Assembly (NCBI GenBank): GCA_964106645.2
Contig: OZ067047.1
Direction: 5' to 3' (one strand)
DNA from: Podarcis pityusensis
Taxonomy: Eukaryota
Length of the DNA stretch: 64,000 nucleotides
Part shown: positions 1 through 14,435 of the stretch, in pieces
Layout: each line of letters begins with the position of its first letter
Position numbering within the stretch: position 1 is the stretch's first letter
Translations under genes and position numbers: made by a program
Notes under the pieces: generated by a model
What the model saw: the letters and a program-made list of their open reading frames with translations, nothing else
Databases searched by the model: none
Told to the model about the DNA's origin: nothing

Positions 1-673
1 TGAATTTCTTGATGCCAAGATCCAAGGGGAAAGTACTCTTTGGTGAGAGAACCCCAACAGAGATTTAAATCACACAATATAAGGTAAAGCATGGAAATAC
101 AGGCTAGGAGAATTTTAAAATATGTGTGGTTTTTTTCAAGTGACTTCCAAAGGTTCCATCTTCCCTCAGCATAGGGGGAAAAAACACACATTTGGTAAGT
201 TAAAAACTAGTTTACATATAAACTCTTCAGATGTCTGGTTCAGGTGCTTTTCCATACATTGGCACAGAAAGGTTGCACAAGCAGTAAAATTTAGTTTAGT
301 TCCAAAGTGGTGAAAGTTCCTAAATTATTGGCATCAGATCTCAAGCATGGCTTGTGAGAGCCATGCAGCTAAGCTGGAGCAACCAGCTTAGCCTCTTCAT
401 ACACTGAGCTTCTCAGGTAGACTGAGGGGAACAAAGGCTTGATTACCAAGTTCCTCCAAATGTGAGGGGAAGTGGACATAGCTAAACCTGGCAGGACAGC
501 TTACTCTATGGTATTAACTATGTCATGCGCTAATCACACTTCAGCATGTTGGCTGGTTATCCCACAGCAACCACAAGAGGCAGTGATGGCCACCAACTTG
601 GATGGCTATAAAAGAAGACAGGGCAAATTCATGGAGAATAAGGCTAGCAATAGCTACTAGCCATGATGGCTAT

Positions 674-836
674 CAGAGGCGGTTTTAGGGTGACATAACC
701 AATATGGTTGCACTGGGCGCCACACATTGCAGGGGGCACCAAAACAATGTTGTAGAATGGAGTGTGAGAGGTGGGGGTGCCGAATTTAGCATCACACAGG
801 GTCCACTGAAATTTGAGAGTCCAAAATCTGCTACTG
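674..836. mobile_element. hAT-like MITE inserted in a CR1 3' fragment (second copy at 59944-60118)
   Basis: CAGAGGCGG...CTGCTACTG termini, flanking duplication TGGCTAT; homology to 59944-60118. Confidence 0.65.
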
Positions 837-1432
837 TGGCTATGCTCTGTCCTCATGGTTGGAGGCAGTAATGCTTCTGAGTAACAGGGGCTAGAAATCA
901 CAGAGCGGAGTACTCTTGAGCTTAGGTCCCTTTTGCAGATTTCCCACAAGACTAAGTCCATCCCATCGTGCTTCTGTGTCGATTTTTAAGGGCAAATCCT
1001 TCAAAATTCACGTGGAAACACCAATATTTTTATTTAAAGGTACTTACAAGGAAGTTTCAGGGTTGCAGCACTGCCTGTGTTATTGTAAAGGCTATTTTTT
1101 AACTTTTTAAGAGTTCAGAAACAGGTCATCCAGCACAAGCTGAAAGTTGTGAGTACCTTCACATCATTTGTAATTTGAGTATGGTTAGAAGTGTGTTTCT
1201 TCCAGTGCTGAGATATTCATTCACAAAAAAAGATGTGTCCCCCCCAGACATGTACTGTCAGGAACAAACACATACCATTTTCCAATTAGATGTACATATA
1301 TGTAGTCTGCAATGCATCTTCAAATTCCTGGTTCTGTTCCTTGTGAATATATGTGAGTCCAATTCCACTGGCATTGTATCTGCAGATCACAAGTGTCATG
1401 CCTTTCCCCAGCAACACCTTAGCCAGTGTTTC

Positions 1433-1434
1433 GT

Positions 1435-1470
<36 letters not shown>
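1433..1470. repeat. (GT)n microsatellite
   Basis: Direct reading. Confidence 0.95.
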
Positions 1471-1473
<3 letters not shown>

Positions 1474-4400
1474 CTTCAGCTAAGGGTCTGGGGCTTGATC
1501 ACTTAGCAGGTTTGCTTTGCTATGAAATCTGGCTGCTCTCACTGGGTGAGCCTACAGAACTGGCTTTGTTCCTGCTATCTGGATATGGCTCTCTGGAACC
1601 TAATATCTGATGCATGTGGACTGGCACATGATGACTCCAGCCAACCACGATTCTCGAGCCTTCCCTGGTGCTCTGCTGGTAGTAAGCAGAGGACAATAAA
1701 AGGCTTGAGAGAAAAGAGGCCCTGAATCTCCTGTTCTCTGTCCTGTGTAAGTGACCAGGATCAAGGAGCAAACACACAACTGTCCTCAGCCATTGAAATA
1801 GGATGTTGCAACCAATATTGTTCTATGATGGAATGGCATTGTCCCATTCTTTGGATTGGACAGTCTGAGTTCAGCCAACCTTTCTGTATGTCAGCCGTTC
1901 TTTGAGAGTAGCCTATGTTTTATAAGGGGTCGCTGACAGCAGGCACATTGAAACTTGCACTTCACCATCTCCATACGTGCAGACAAGAGAACATTTCATC
2001 CAAAACAATTTGTATCTATTACACAATGTCTGACCTATGGAATTGCAAACATCTATGTAGGCAAGGATGGCGTCTTTTAGTTTGAATCTAAGACATACTC
2101 TGCTGTCACATAAGTGCATAATCAGTGCAGTGCAGTGCAGTGCAAAACCACGAGAGCATTATCAGAATGTGAGCACAAGAATTCAGGAACAAGGTGTTGA
2201 ATTCTCAGTACACACCTTATCAAACACTAGGGGCTGTGACCACTGCATGACCTTGCTTCAATTTCAGTGGGACAATAAAGTTGTTTAGCAGTAATTGGAT
2301 TCAAACTCAACTGAAGAGTTTATGATTCTCAGGTAGTTAAATTACTACTCTTATCAATACCACGAGTTCCATTTGGAGTACATATGTCATAAGCTATAAA
2401 TGGAACTAGTAGGATATTGGGATCTTGTGTAAATCTGGTTTGGATAAGAAATGACTAAGTTGGGAACTATATTGTTTTATAGATTATAAATGCTGTATTG
2501 ATTTGTTAATCATATGATTTGACTCTTGTTTTAATTGTGATGTTTAGCTTAATTTTTAGTTGTTGCTTTGTTAATAGTGTTTTATACATTGTGATTGTTT
2601 CACTGCTGATTATTCTATATGATTTATGCTGTATTTGTGATGTTCTGTTACGTTCTACCATGTTATTATCATTAATTGTTTGTAAGCCACTTTAGAATTC
2701 ATTTGAATGAAAGCGGCATCAGTAGGTATCACTTCTTCAAGAACTGGAATAACATGGCAGTTTCCTGCAAGACTGCTGATATCTCCTTCTTCTGAGTGGG
2801 TGGTACCACTATGGCCACATACGGATAGGTGCACAGATAATAGCTATTACTATGTATGGTTTCTTTGGTGCTTGGACATGTTATTCCTCCTATTAGAAGT
2901 TGCTACTACCACAAATGTATGACTCTGGCCAGAAAATGGTTATGTATAAGAAACTTATCCTAGCTTTTTATCTTTGTATTCTTTGGAATCTCTCTTTAAG
3001 GAGATTTCTTAGTTCAGTCGAGAGCCTCGGGACATGCTCTTGGTGAAGAGAAGGCTAGTCACCAGCCATGCAATTAGATTTTAGCCTTCAGCAAATTGTG
3101 CCTTTTCTTCATCTCTTGGGTAGTTTAGTGCTCCTGGACAATCTCCCCTTCACTATTTCTGAAGGTCACCCATGAAAGGACAACAGTTTCAGCAGCTGCA
3201 CCTCATATACCTTCTGTAGAAACTTCCAGGATGCAACATCGCTGGGCTCTGAAAGCTGCAAATGTCTTTGAAGCAAATTTAGAAAGGATCAAAGCACTCT
3301 TGGCAGCTCCTTTTATCCCCGATGTGCCCCTGCTATCGCTGCATAAAGCAGAGAATTAGCTCTTGGCAATGCTGGATCCATGTGGAATACAGCCTTTACA
3401 TCCTCTGCTGAACTTCTGCCTATCACCAGGCATATTGTTCAGAGGGTTTGGAAGGATTTTGCGTGTTGTGGGTTTTTCTTTACTTCTTACTTTGGCTGTG
3501 GCATACACAGTCCTGAAGGAATTTCCCCCTTACGATTTTTGCCTGAGGGGCATTGAAAGATGGGGCTCATCCACACTTACCTTTTGCTCTGTGCTTTTTG
3601 TGCACAGGTCTATGGGACTTTTCTTTTTCTGCCCCTGTTCTTTCCCATGAAAACCTGCTCTCTAACACTGAATTGGAACAAATGACAATTTGGTTTTTCC
3701 ACAGCTTGCAATTTGGCAGGAAAGAGTGGGTTTTCACAGGGCAAAAAAAGAGATGGGGTGAGCTCAGACATGGTGCTTTAAAGCACAGACCTGTGCCCAG
3801 AAACCTGGCACAAAAGGAAGTCTGGATGATCCCATAGCTGCATTTGGAAATGGGCTGCAGTGTGAAGGTCTTGTGTGTAAGAGCAAAGACCGCATAGAGA
3901 GGCTCAGTAGGGAGAACATGTCCAGGTCTAGTTGCTCACCATATTTGCAATTGGAAAACTATTTTCCTCCTTGGGTTGGCTTGAGAGGGGCTCATAGAAG
4001 CATAGAATTGTAGAACTGGAAGGAACCCTGTGGATCATTTATTCCAACCTCCTGAAGAATATGCAGCTGTCCCATATGGGGATCAAACCTTTGACGTTGG
4101 TGTTATCAGACCATGTTCTAACTAACTGAGCTATCTAGTTGCTCATGGTACTTCCATTCACCAACAGAGTTATAGAAATATTGAGTTAGAAGGGGCCTTG
4201 GATATCACCTAGTTCTACTTCATTGCAGGCTAGACTTTTGGGCAAAGTGAGCTGTAGTCCTACCAAGATTCTGAAACCCCCCCCAAAAAAAACCCAAAGG
4301 CATAGCCAATTTTTACTTCTGTCAATCACACTCATACCTTACCACCGACTGAGAGGCTTTGTAGATCCTTCTGCCTCTCTCTTCTCTGCTTAGCCAATCA

Positions 4401-4517
4401 GAAAAAAATCATTTCCAACTGGTTCCCACCGGGGGTGGGGTGTGATGGTTACATTTCCTCAAATGTTGTTTCCAGAAATGTAATTGCAGAGAAGCAAGTG
4501 TGACAGTGAGGACCCCT

Positions 4518-4834
4518 CAGGACCGGACTTAGGTTTGACGAGGCCCTAAGCTACTGAAGGTAATGGGGCCCTTTATATGTCCAGCTGTCCTTTGTCAACA
4601 ACAAATTGTCACAGTTTTTGTGTATTGAATATATGCTATATGGTACATAACAAATAGGAGCCTACACAACACAAAACACTGTTGCTGTATGTAGGTTTTA
4701 TTTTATTTGTTTTTTTATCTTATATTTTGGAAATGTACTTCCAGTGGGTTTTTTGCCTTTAATTTTTTGGGGGTCCCCACGAGAGTGGGGCCCTAAACTA
4801 TAGCTTGTTTAGCTTATATGTAAATCTGGCACTG
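4518..4834. mobile_element. Non-autonomous hAT element
   Basis: CAGGACCGGA...TCTGGCACTG termini; perfect 8-bp TSD GGACCCCT. Confidence 0.85.
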
Positions 4835-5294
4835 GGACCCCTTCTGAACCAAGGTTAGACCCTTTTAGGTGCTAAGCTTTGGTACAAACATAATCCTTAA
4901 ATGTCCACTATTTATTTGGAAGGGAAGAGGATGGGCACCTCTCAAAGAGTCACCTCCTAGCTGATCTTCTAGGCTCCACCCAGGTACAGGGGACACCAGC
5001 CCACCTGCCCCCCACCCCGCCCTCCAACTCCTTTCTCAATGTAGTATCTACAGTGCAGGATGCAACTACAATATCCCTGAACCTGAGATGGGCATCCATC
5101 CCTTGTTTTGCTACCTCCAGTGAAGCAGGGTATAGCACTATTTGCTTCCTTGAGTCATCTGGGTGTAGCTTTACTGAGCTATTTCTGAGTCTAATTAAAG
5201 AAAGCATTGTGACTTGCCTATCTTTGTTTGGTCATGGGCTTTATTTGTTATACAGGCATACTCCAGCCCCTCCTTCCCTTCTGCTGGTGATATA

Positions 5295-5519
5295 CAGTGG
5301 CACCTCGGGTTGCAGACACTTCAGGTTACAGACGCTTCAGGTTACAGACTCCGCTAACCCAGAAATAGTACCTGGGGTTAAGAACTTTACCTCAGGATGA
5401 GAACAGAAATTGGGCAGCGGGAGGCCCCATTAGCTAAAGTGGTACCTCAGGTTAAGAACAGTTTCAGGTAAAGAACAGATCTCCAAAACGAATTACGTTC
5501 TTAACCCGAGGTACCACTG
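5295..5519. mobile_element. Tc1/mariner (Tigger/pogo-like) MITE
   Basis: TIRs CAGTGGCACCTCGGGTT / AACCCGAGGTACCACTG with TA on both sides; inverted homolog of 11041-11282. Confidence 0.85.
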
Positions 5520-6754
5520 TATATCAGCTGGGTGATATGCAGAGGGTGTTCGAATGCAAGTATGTCAGACTGAATGGTATAAGGCCGCTTTCTGTATTCC
5601 AATTTAAAGCATGCTGGGCATCTCTTCTGAGGATGTACACAAACCATGGGCATGATCAGCAGGGAACATCTCCAGTGCAAGTGTCATACGAGTACAACAG
5701 CATGTTTTTGCTCTTATTTAAATTCCATCTAGAGAAACGAAGCCCATGCCGGAGAACTTCCCTGTATATTCCACACACACAAACATTTGTTAGAAATGGT
5801 TCAAACACGGATGATAATGGCAGGTGAGTGGTTCATTTACCAGTGAGCCTGGTATAACTGCCTTGTAGAAAGGTTCTCGATTGGAAGGTTCAAATACTCA
5901 GGAGGACACAAGAAGACGGCTGAATGAACTCTCCTTACGAGGCAATATCCACCCTATCATTGAAATAGCCATCCTTATACTCACGAACTGAGACTGTAAC
6001 TACCTTGCATTTTGCATCCTGTTTAAGGTGTCTATGGGTATTCTTAATATAATCCTAACAGATACTAACAGGATTTACCAAACCTCTTTTCCAAAAGATG
6101 CATTTTCATTAGTTTCTAAGACACAATTATATTTAAAAATCCATTAGCATTTATAGTCTCAATGGAATATAATATTCTTTCAAAGCAAGCCTAATAGAGC
6201 ATTAATAAGGATGTCGTAGTGTTTTCCAGATAGGAGGGTTTTTTATATATTTTTGCTTCATTAGGAGAGATGAGTGAATCTCTGGGATTATTGCAGCATC
6301 ATAGATATGTGGCATAGATATAGCCATCAGCATTACTGGCAATGAAGCCTCTTCTTATTGGTTCTAGCGGTCATTTCAAAGCATTTTCTCAAATGCTGCT
6401 GTCCCTGACATCTTCTGCTTTGAAGAAGGACAAATTTATTTTCTTTTTGCATGTTGTTTTTTGTCTTTCTTGCTGCAGTTTAATTAAAAGTTGCAAACCA
6501 ATGTAGTTTCAGAAAGGACTATTTATTATTCATGTGTTTGTGTTAGTAGGCTGCCCTGTTACACCTAAAAGCTAAAGGGACATAACAAGTCTATAAAAAC
6601 CAGTCACCACTTTAAAATGTGGTCTTTCAGGGGCATTCTGAGATTAGTGTGGACCAGTGATGTAAAACCTCAGGTCCCAGTTCCAAATGTGCCCCCAGGC
6701 CTCTATATTTGGCCCCTAGAGCTCTTCACAGGCCATGCCTCTCACTGGCCCTGC

Positions 6755-6757
<3 letters not shown>

Positions 6758-6800
<43 letters not shown>
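6758..6800. repeat. (CA)n microsatellite
   Basis: Direct reading. Confidence 0.95.
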
Positions 6801-6801
<1 letters not shown>

Positions 6802-8023
6802 TTCTATACAGCTGGAATGTGTTCTTGAACTCTGATAATGTCTCTTGCTTGTCTGGATGGAGAAAAGGCAAGGGTGCATGAAATTAAGACTCTTGCACAC
6901 ATCACAAGCAGAGCAAAATAAAATTCCAGCATAAAATAGAATAAAGGGAGACTAAAAAGCCTTTGAAAATTAAAATGTGGCACCAAAAAGAAGTTGAAGA
7001 TGGTGCCAGGGCACCACAACTGAGTGTCTTTCAGATGAGACTCAATGTCTGAGGGTAGACTCATGCAGAAGATGATGGCCCATATATCAGTAGACAGGGT
7101 AGTGCAATGCTCAGAACAGGAATGGGGGAATTTTTCCAATCTGAGGGCCACATTCCTCATGAGCAAGCTATGAGGGCTGCATGCTGTGGGGTGTGTGCCA
7201 AAAGTGGGTGTGGCCAAATCCCTGGGCCTGAGTGTTGAATTAGGACCAAAGATCTGGACCAGAATTATGACCAGTCATACAACTCATCCACCATCACAAG
7301 GTTCCTGGAGGCTATAGCTATTTGGTAAGTGTCTGTAGAGGCGCATGTTGCATATTCTGACTCCTTCCTTTGGGATCCCTCAGTCCCTGGGTGGGACCTG
7401 AAACCCTGTACCAAGAAGGCTGTATGTGCTGCCTATCAGCCTCCTGTCCAGGGAGCTATGTGGGTTTATTAAGGAGCCAGTCTCATTGAACATAGTAGAA
7501 TTTACTTTATTTCTAAGTATCCACTTATAGGAGTGCATTGCTAGAGGCAAAGCGTAAGCATCAGGTATTCTATAGAACAGAGAAGGGAATACAAGCTTTT
7601 TATTGTTTTGCATGACCAATACATCAAAGCATTCCATCAACCATAAAATGGATGAATCACTTCTTCTATTAATCGCTTGTGATGATTATCCATCAAAAGG
7701 CAACTGTTTTTAGCTGCTACACGTAGGTTTGTGAATTCTACAGCTGAGACTTTGTCCTGCTGCAATCTTGAATGGCATTTAGAAATCTGAATAATTGAAA
7801 TTGTCCTTTTTTTTTGTGAAAATCCCCTCATCCAGCAGTGGGGAAGCAGTCGACCTCCAGATGTTGCTGGACTTGAACTTCCGTCAGCCTCAGCTAGTCA
7901 TCAGGGATTATGAGAGCTGGAGTCCAGGAACATCTGGGGGGGCACAGATTTCTGATGTCTGGCCAAACCCAGACCACAAAATTCCTAGGAACAGCATTTC
8001 CTAAGTCTTACTAGGAAATCTTG

Positions 8024-8372
8024 GCCTCGGTCCTGTATACCTGTATACCTGAAGGAGCATCTCCACCCCCATCGTTCAGCCCGGACACTGAGATCCAGCA
8101 CTGAGGGCCTTCTGGCGGTTCCCTCATTGCGAGAAGTGAGGTTACAGGGAACCAGACAGAGGGCCTTCTCGGTAGTGGTACCCGCCCTGTGGAACGCCCT
8201 CCCTTCAGATGTCAAAGAAATAAGCAGCTATCTTCTCTTTAAAAGACATCTGAAGGCAGCCCTGTTTAGGGAAGTTTTTAATATTTAATGCTGTATTGTT
8301 TTTAACACTTGATTAGAAGCCGCCCAGAGTGGCTGGGGAAACTCAGCCAGATGGGCAGGGTATAAATAATAA

Positions 8373-8416
<44 letters not shown>
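8024..8416 (+). mobile_element. L2-clade LINE 3' end with (TTA)n tail
   Basis: AGGGCCTTCTCGGTAGTGG...CTGTGGAACGCCCTCCC (RAFSV..P.LWNALP), then a 3' UTR and an (ATT)n microsatellite tail. Confidence 0.85.
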
Positions 8417-8418
<2 letters not shown>

Positions 8419-8520
8419 TATAAAATTCCTGTGACTTACATACAATATCTAAATTGGTTGTGGAATACAATTTTTATCTGAGTCTTATTTGGAACTTTAT
8501 CTAATGGCTTTTGCCCAAGA

Positions 8521-9019
8521 CAGGGGTTTTCATCCAGTGTGCTGTGGCACCCTGGGGTGACTTGAATGGTGGTCAGGGCTGCCATGGGCAACAAAGGTCT
8601 CTGTCCCTCGTTCCTTCCCTCCCTCCTCTAATGCCCTCTCACATCTCTGCCTCCCCAAGGCTTGCACAGCTGTTTGTTGCAGTAGGCCTGGTTAACAAGC
8701 TCTGCAGGCAAATGGTGCCTCGGGGGCTGCCCAAGGGGTGCTTCCCAGCCCCTGTGGAGCAGTGTGAGGAAGCACCTCTCTTTGCGGCAGGGGACAGCTC
8801 AGAGACTGGGGGGGGGGCAACAGTGGATGCCCAGAGGACTCCCAAGGAGAGGGGAGAAGAGAGGAGGCTTAGGGAACCCCCCACAAGGGAGGGTGTTCAA
8901 AAAAGGGTAAGGGGTTGCCAGCTCTGCAGGCAAGGGGTGCCCTGAGCCCCACAGGATTGCCACAGAAAACATGTAGTTGGTCAAGGGAGCCGTGGACTCA
9001 AAAAGGTTGAAAACCTCTG
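8521..9019. mobile_element. Non-autonomous hAT (Charlie-like) element
   Basis: TIRs CAGGGGTTTTCA / TGAAAACCTCTG; degenerate 8-bp TSD GCCCAAGA/GCCTAGGA. Confidence 0.75.
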
Positions 9020-9051
9020 GCCTAGGAGCATAATTCCTAGGGTTGCTATAG

Positions 9052-9560
9052 TGTTGTGAGTTTGTGGGTGCCCTATATCCCTAGTAAGTGTTAATAACTA
9101 CTCAAGCCAGGCTAGCTTCCTGATGAGGTAAGTGTCTGGGTGATGGACCATTGAGAGAAGAAAGGAAAAGGGGCTCTGGGACAGATGACAAATGGGTGGA
9201 CCCCCTCCTCCAGCTCTCAGATAGTTAGAACGATAAAGTCTGGGTCTGAGGGCTGAGTTTGCAGTGGTGTGACCTAGAAGAGAAAAACCAGTGGGCTGAA
9301 AAGGCAAAGAGAGAGCATGACTGATTTCTGTTTAATCAAAGTCTATGGGAAAAACCTTTGGGGTGTTAATACTGAAAGCCCCGCCATTGCAGGCTCGGGG
9401 TCTGGGTAGGTGTGGGTGTGCAAATAAACCATATATCATAAAAACACCACAGTCTCCAGTGTGCCTCATTTCCAAAAAGAAACAGAACCCTGGGTAAGCG
9501 CCTAGAACCCCAGGAAGCTCGGCAATTAGGGTGTCGTACCACTCTAGGATGTTCTTCACA
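9052..9560 (+). mobile_element. Possible solo LTR
   Basis: TG...CA candidate ends and AATAAA at ~9423; no convincing TSD. Confidence 0.3.
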
Positions 9561-11040
9561 CCTTTATCATTTCTTCATTACTGGCGAGGGGGTGGAACTT
9601 TGCCCTTTACTCAGTTGAATTATTATCTTTCTTCATAAATGCATAATCTCATGATTAATAATACAACCCTGGGGCAAAAGTTCAGTTTGAATAGCAAAAC
9701 GAGAATCGGGATTCACAGTGACTCTCCTGGCCAAACCAGACTGTACTTATTACTACATATCTGCACTTATAACCACAGACTTGTTTTTCTCAATGTAAAT
9801 TGAAAACCATGTTCACACTGAGATGAATGTGAACGATTTCCCCCCCAACATTAATTGCAGACATGGGTGGAGGGTGGGCTGTCAATCCATATTGGAAGTC
9901 CACACTTCCAATTTGTGTAAAACAAACCCTGCACTTAAGGTTATAGGTACATACCTAATGTACTGTCTAGAAAATAAGAAGGTGGCAAACTGGAGTCTAC
10001 TTTAGAGACTGAGGGCTTGTCCCATGCCTATAAAGCAAAAGTCAGAGTGGTTTTCCGCTTGACCAGTGCTTTCTAGGCATAGGTCTGAGTGATTTTGCCT
10101 TTGTCCCACCACTTCTCCCGGAAAGCCTGCTCTTTAGTGCTAAATTGGACAAATGGCAAACAACAGAAAACCTGATTGCTGTTTGTTCCAATTCAGCACT
10201 AAAGATTGGGTTTCAGAGGCAAATGGAGGGGTGGATAAACTGGGACTACATTAATCTACACTGCAGACTGAGTCTGGTTTTATGCCAGTGTAACTGTAAT
10301 GGCTTCCTTCAAAGCAGCCTGGGACCTGTAGTTTTGAGGGAGAGCTGAGATTTCTCTTGTTTGAGATCCTAGCTTCACCCCCACATAGCACTACAATTCC
10401 CAGAGTTCCCTGGGACAAAGGAATGACTAATATACATCCTAAGACTGCTTTCACAATGATGTTTTAAAGCACATTTGTTGCTGTCGCTTGCCTGGCATAT
10501 GCCTGAAGTTTAAAGCTAAGCTAGGTAAAAACAGTAACAACAAGAACCCACCACCCAATTTAAAATCAGCTCCCTTTCGACACACACATACCCCTAACAA
10601 ATCATGTTCACTACAATTGATGTACCTTAATTTAAATGGGTTTTCAGCATCACCTGTGACAATTTGGCTTTCAGGTCAAATGTACTGCAATCCGAGATGC
10701 ACAGATACACACAAACTGAAAGCTCAGGATAAAATGTTGTTAATTACTTCTTTGTGGTTTCCCTAGCAGAGGAAGTAAAGGATCACAAGAACGGTATTAT
10801 AGCTGCTAGGACTGCTAAGGTTGCTTGAGGAATCAATGGTGGGACATTGGGAGTGGGGTATGGAAGCACTGGCACCTTGAGCATCTTGAGCTCAGGATAG
10901 GGATGGAATGGAAGGGTGTGAGGTCAGGAGAGGTCTGGCTTGGTCATGGCAGCCCAGCAGGCATGTGAGTGGAAATTCATCCTTCCTTTTGTTTGTCCTT
11001 CCAACATTCAGCTTCATTTCGGTTGTCCCAAATTCTAGTA

Positions 11041-11282
11041 CAGTGGTACCTCAGGTTAAGTACTTAATTCGTTCCAGAGGTACGTTCTTAACCTGAAACT
11101 GTTTTTAACCTGAAGCAGCACTTTAGCTAATGGGGCCTCCTGCTGCTGCCGCGCCACCGGAGCACAATTTCTGTTCTCATCCTGAAGCAAAGTTCTTAAC
11201 CTGAAGCACTGTTTCTGGGTTAGCGGAGTCTGTAACCTGAAGCGAATGTAACCTGAAGCGTATGTAACCTGAGGTACCACTG
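11041..11282. mobile_element. Tc1/mariner (Tigger/pogo-like) MITE
   Basis: TIRs CAGTGGTACCTCAGGTTA / TAACCTGAGGTACCACTG; TA TSD; internal TAACCTGAAGC repeats. Confidence 0.88.
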
Positions 11283-12199
11283 TATTATGAGAGGGAGAAA
11301 AAAAAGGCCTCCTAAAGAAAGCTACTGAGTGGATTTTAGGTATAAGATGACAACAACTTTCTCTACCCTGCCGTTAGTTCTCACTAGTAGCAAAGGTGGC
11401 CTAGCAAAGCAAGTTTTGCATGAAAGCAGCAGGTGATTATAGACTGAGCAAGAATATTACACACATGTTTTGCATCAGATTTTGAAAGTGTCAGACTTCC
11501 TGAATATGTTGACCTGCAATCAAGAGAAGAAGAAGAACCTAGCAAATTAAGAACAAGACATAATTATCTAAGAAGACTAGGGTGGCCAGCATTATTTCAA
11601 AGCAACATGGAACCTGCAACTCATAAGGGGTGAGCTTTAGGAAAATGAAGTCTGATGCTGAACTTGTGAACTTCTCCTTTCACCTTCATCTGAACCCTGC
11701 TAAATGATTTTACAATGGTTATTGCTTTATAACCCCAACTGTAAATTCTTCCATTACATTTTATTACTTGAGGATAAAAATGTGTGCCCAACACTTGTTA
11801 TTTAAAAATAAAGTATCGCATGCACTTAAACACAGGATGATTGGTAGTTTAGATAAAGGAAATGCAAACTGTTCCCAGTTAGAGGTTTCGAGACACACTG
11901 TGAATATGTGGGTGGAACTGCAACAATGTATGATGGAAAGCAGTCAGCCTTATAATGTCAATCAAGAACATCAGAGCATTCAGACTTCTTGGACAAATAA
12001 TGGTAACTAATGATACAAAACCTCAAGCATCAGGACAGGGTGTGTGTGCCCTTATATCAGTATCAAAATTCTGCAACTACCAGAAATTCACCCAACCAGA
12101 ATGAAATCCTGATTTCATTCAGTGATAGATCCACCTGAAAACAAAAGCTTCTTTTCTAATTGAAATGGGCAGCCAGTGGCCCCTAATTATAAAATTAAG

Positions 12200-12445
12200 C
12201 ATGACATGGGGAAAGTGGATGGAGAAAGGTTTCTCTCTCTCTCTCTTGAAACACCAGAACTCATGGGCATCCAGTGAAGGTGGAGGTTGGAAGATTTAGG
12301 ACAGATAAAAGAACGCACTTCTTCATGCAGCACAGAGTTAAACTGTGGAACTCACTTCCACAGGAGGCAGTCGTGGGCACCAGCTTGGATGGCTTTAAAA
12401 TAATAGCAGTCAAATTCATGGAGGAGAGGGCTATCAGTGGCTATG
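12200..12445 (+). mobile_element. CR1 LINE 3' fragment
   Basis: GRFRTDKRTHFFMQHRVKLWNSLPQEAV; a related fragment lies at ~570-960. Confidence 0.85.
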
Positions 12446-12587
12446 GTTCAGTGTGTCTGCCTGTTAACCAGAAGATGGGTGGTTCAAGCCCACCCAGGAA
12501 TGGCTGTGGGCAGGATTCCTGCATTGCGGGGGTTGGACTAGATGACCCCCGGAATCCCTTCCAACTCTACAGTTCTAAGATTCTATT
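12446..12587 (+). mobile_element. tRNA-derived SINE with a CR1-type tail (similar inverted copy at ~3995-4145)
   Basis: B-box-like GGTTCAAGCCC and CR1 tail GGTTGGACTAGATGACC...CCCTTCCAACTCTAC..TTCTAAGATTCTA. Confidence 0.65.
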
Positions 12588-14196
12588 ATTCATGTATCAT
12601 GCATACTGTTAAAATGCTGCAAAGTTAAGGTTCCACTGATTTAATTGAAAATCTTCCTTTACTGACGTCCTGACAGCCAACCTATGCATCACAGTAAACA
12701 TGATTTTGTAAAATAAAATAAGCATGCCTAGAAACAGGCTACTTTTTTAACTTTGAAGGAAAAGCTACTTCAAAAACCAGGAGCAAGCTCTTGATCCAGG
12801 CTGAGGACCCTGTTCAGAACAGCTCTCCCACCCACCCACCCCAAAAATGTTTGCCCCTGAAGACCCAGTGACTGCAAACAGCCTCTTCAGGAGCAAAGAG
12901 CAGCCAGTGGAGGAAGGGGATCTTCAGCAGAAAACTAGCAGAGGATCAGGAGCATATTCTCCCCCTTCCAAATAAAAATGGCCAGCTGAAGCACAATTGT
13001 TACAAAGTGCATTATCGAAACTTGGAAGTTTGGCCCTGGGTGACAGAGGGGGTCACTGGTAGCATTTACTGATGTGCTTATGGACTTAAAAGGCCTTTAT
13101 ATGGTCATTGTGCTGCCAGTCACACTTTTCAAAGGCAAGGGATGCCATTTCCTCTACTCTTCGGCGCCAGTTCAAGGGACACCTCTTTGCTCAGGCTCTC
13201 CCAGGAGGAAACTGATGCAATGAACTCCAGGCTATAAACCTTTGGCTTGCCTGCCTGATGCACTATTGACTCTTGATTATTTTACATGTTTATTTGATGC
13301 TTCATATCTTTTATATTTGTATCTGCTTGGTTTGATTGGATTGTTGCTTACCTTTAATGTCCTAACCTACCCTGGGACTGTGAATCACTGTAGGCTGAGC
13401 TAGAAATTGAAATAATAACTATAAAAATAAATTGCAGGTATTAGTGGCTGGAGGAAAATCATGGCGGGGGACTTTTACAGTGAGGTTCAGAGACCCAGTC
13501 TTGGATATTGTCCTTATTAAATCTCAGACAAGCAAACAAAGAACATTAGTGGCGTCTTCAGGGTTCTTGTTCTTTCATACCTCGTAACAGCAAGGCAAGT
13601 TGCGCTATTTTTTCAGCACCTCGTAACAACTACAGCAGTGTTCTCAGCACAAGCTAAACGATTGTCCTTTTTGTGTTGACGCTTTGTTTTTCAACCCTTT
13701 TGTGTCTTCGGTGTGCATAGCAACTGCACAGGTCCATTTGGTTGTTTATAGTAACAGCTTCACCAAGTGTCGGATTGGTACGCTTGAGAACTGTGCACCA
13801 GCTCTGAATGAATCCTGGATCCCAAACTGCACTGGGTTGATGGAGGTCTGACCTGAGATTTGGTCAAAGCAGACTGATCTCCTCAGGCAAAACTGTGTCT
13901 ACCCCGAGCTTCTCAAAATAGGGGGCACTGGGTAGCAAGGAGAGGAGGAGGAAGAAGGCAATGCAACTGAGTAACTTGCATATTGTTACAAAATTTGGGT
14001 GCTGCCCCCACTCTCTGCTGAGCTGTGGCAAGATTCCAAAGGGTCCCAGGCACTCACCCAGGGTTTGTGTTCCAGTGAGAATCAAGACACGGCAGAGGCT
14101 GTCGTAGCTTTAAAAAATATGATTTAGTCATATTTCTATGGAGGGAGTCCAGATCTTACAGCATGGTCATCTCATGAGGGGCTTGGTCCTCTAGAG

Positions 14197-14435
14197 CATG
14201 GGTAGCCTGGGGGCTGAATCTGGCCCAATCGCCTTCTCAATCCGGCCCGCGGACGGTCTGGGAATCAGCGTGTTTTTACATGAGTAGAATGTGTCCTTTA
14301 TTTAAAATGCATCCCTGGGTTATTTGTGGGGCATAGGTATTCGTTCATCTTTTTTTTTCAAAATATAGTCTAGCCCCCCACAAGGTCTGAGGGGCAGTGG
14401 ACGGGCCCCCTGCTGAAAACATTTGCTGACCCCTG
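14197..14435. mobile_element. Non-autonomous hAT (Charlie-like) MITE
   Basis: Perfect 8-bp TSD CTCTAGAG; right TIR TGCTGACCCCTG. Confidence 0.85.
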
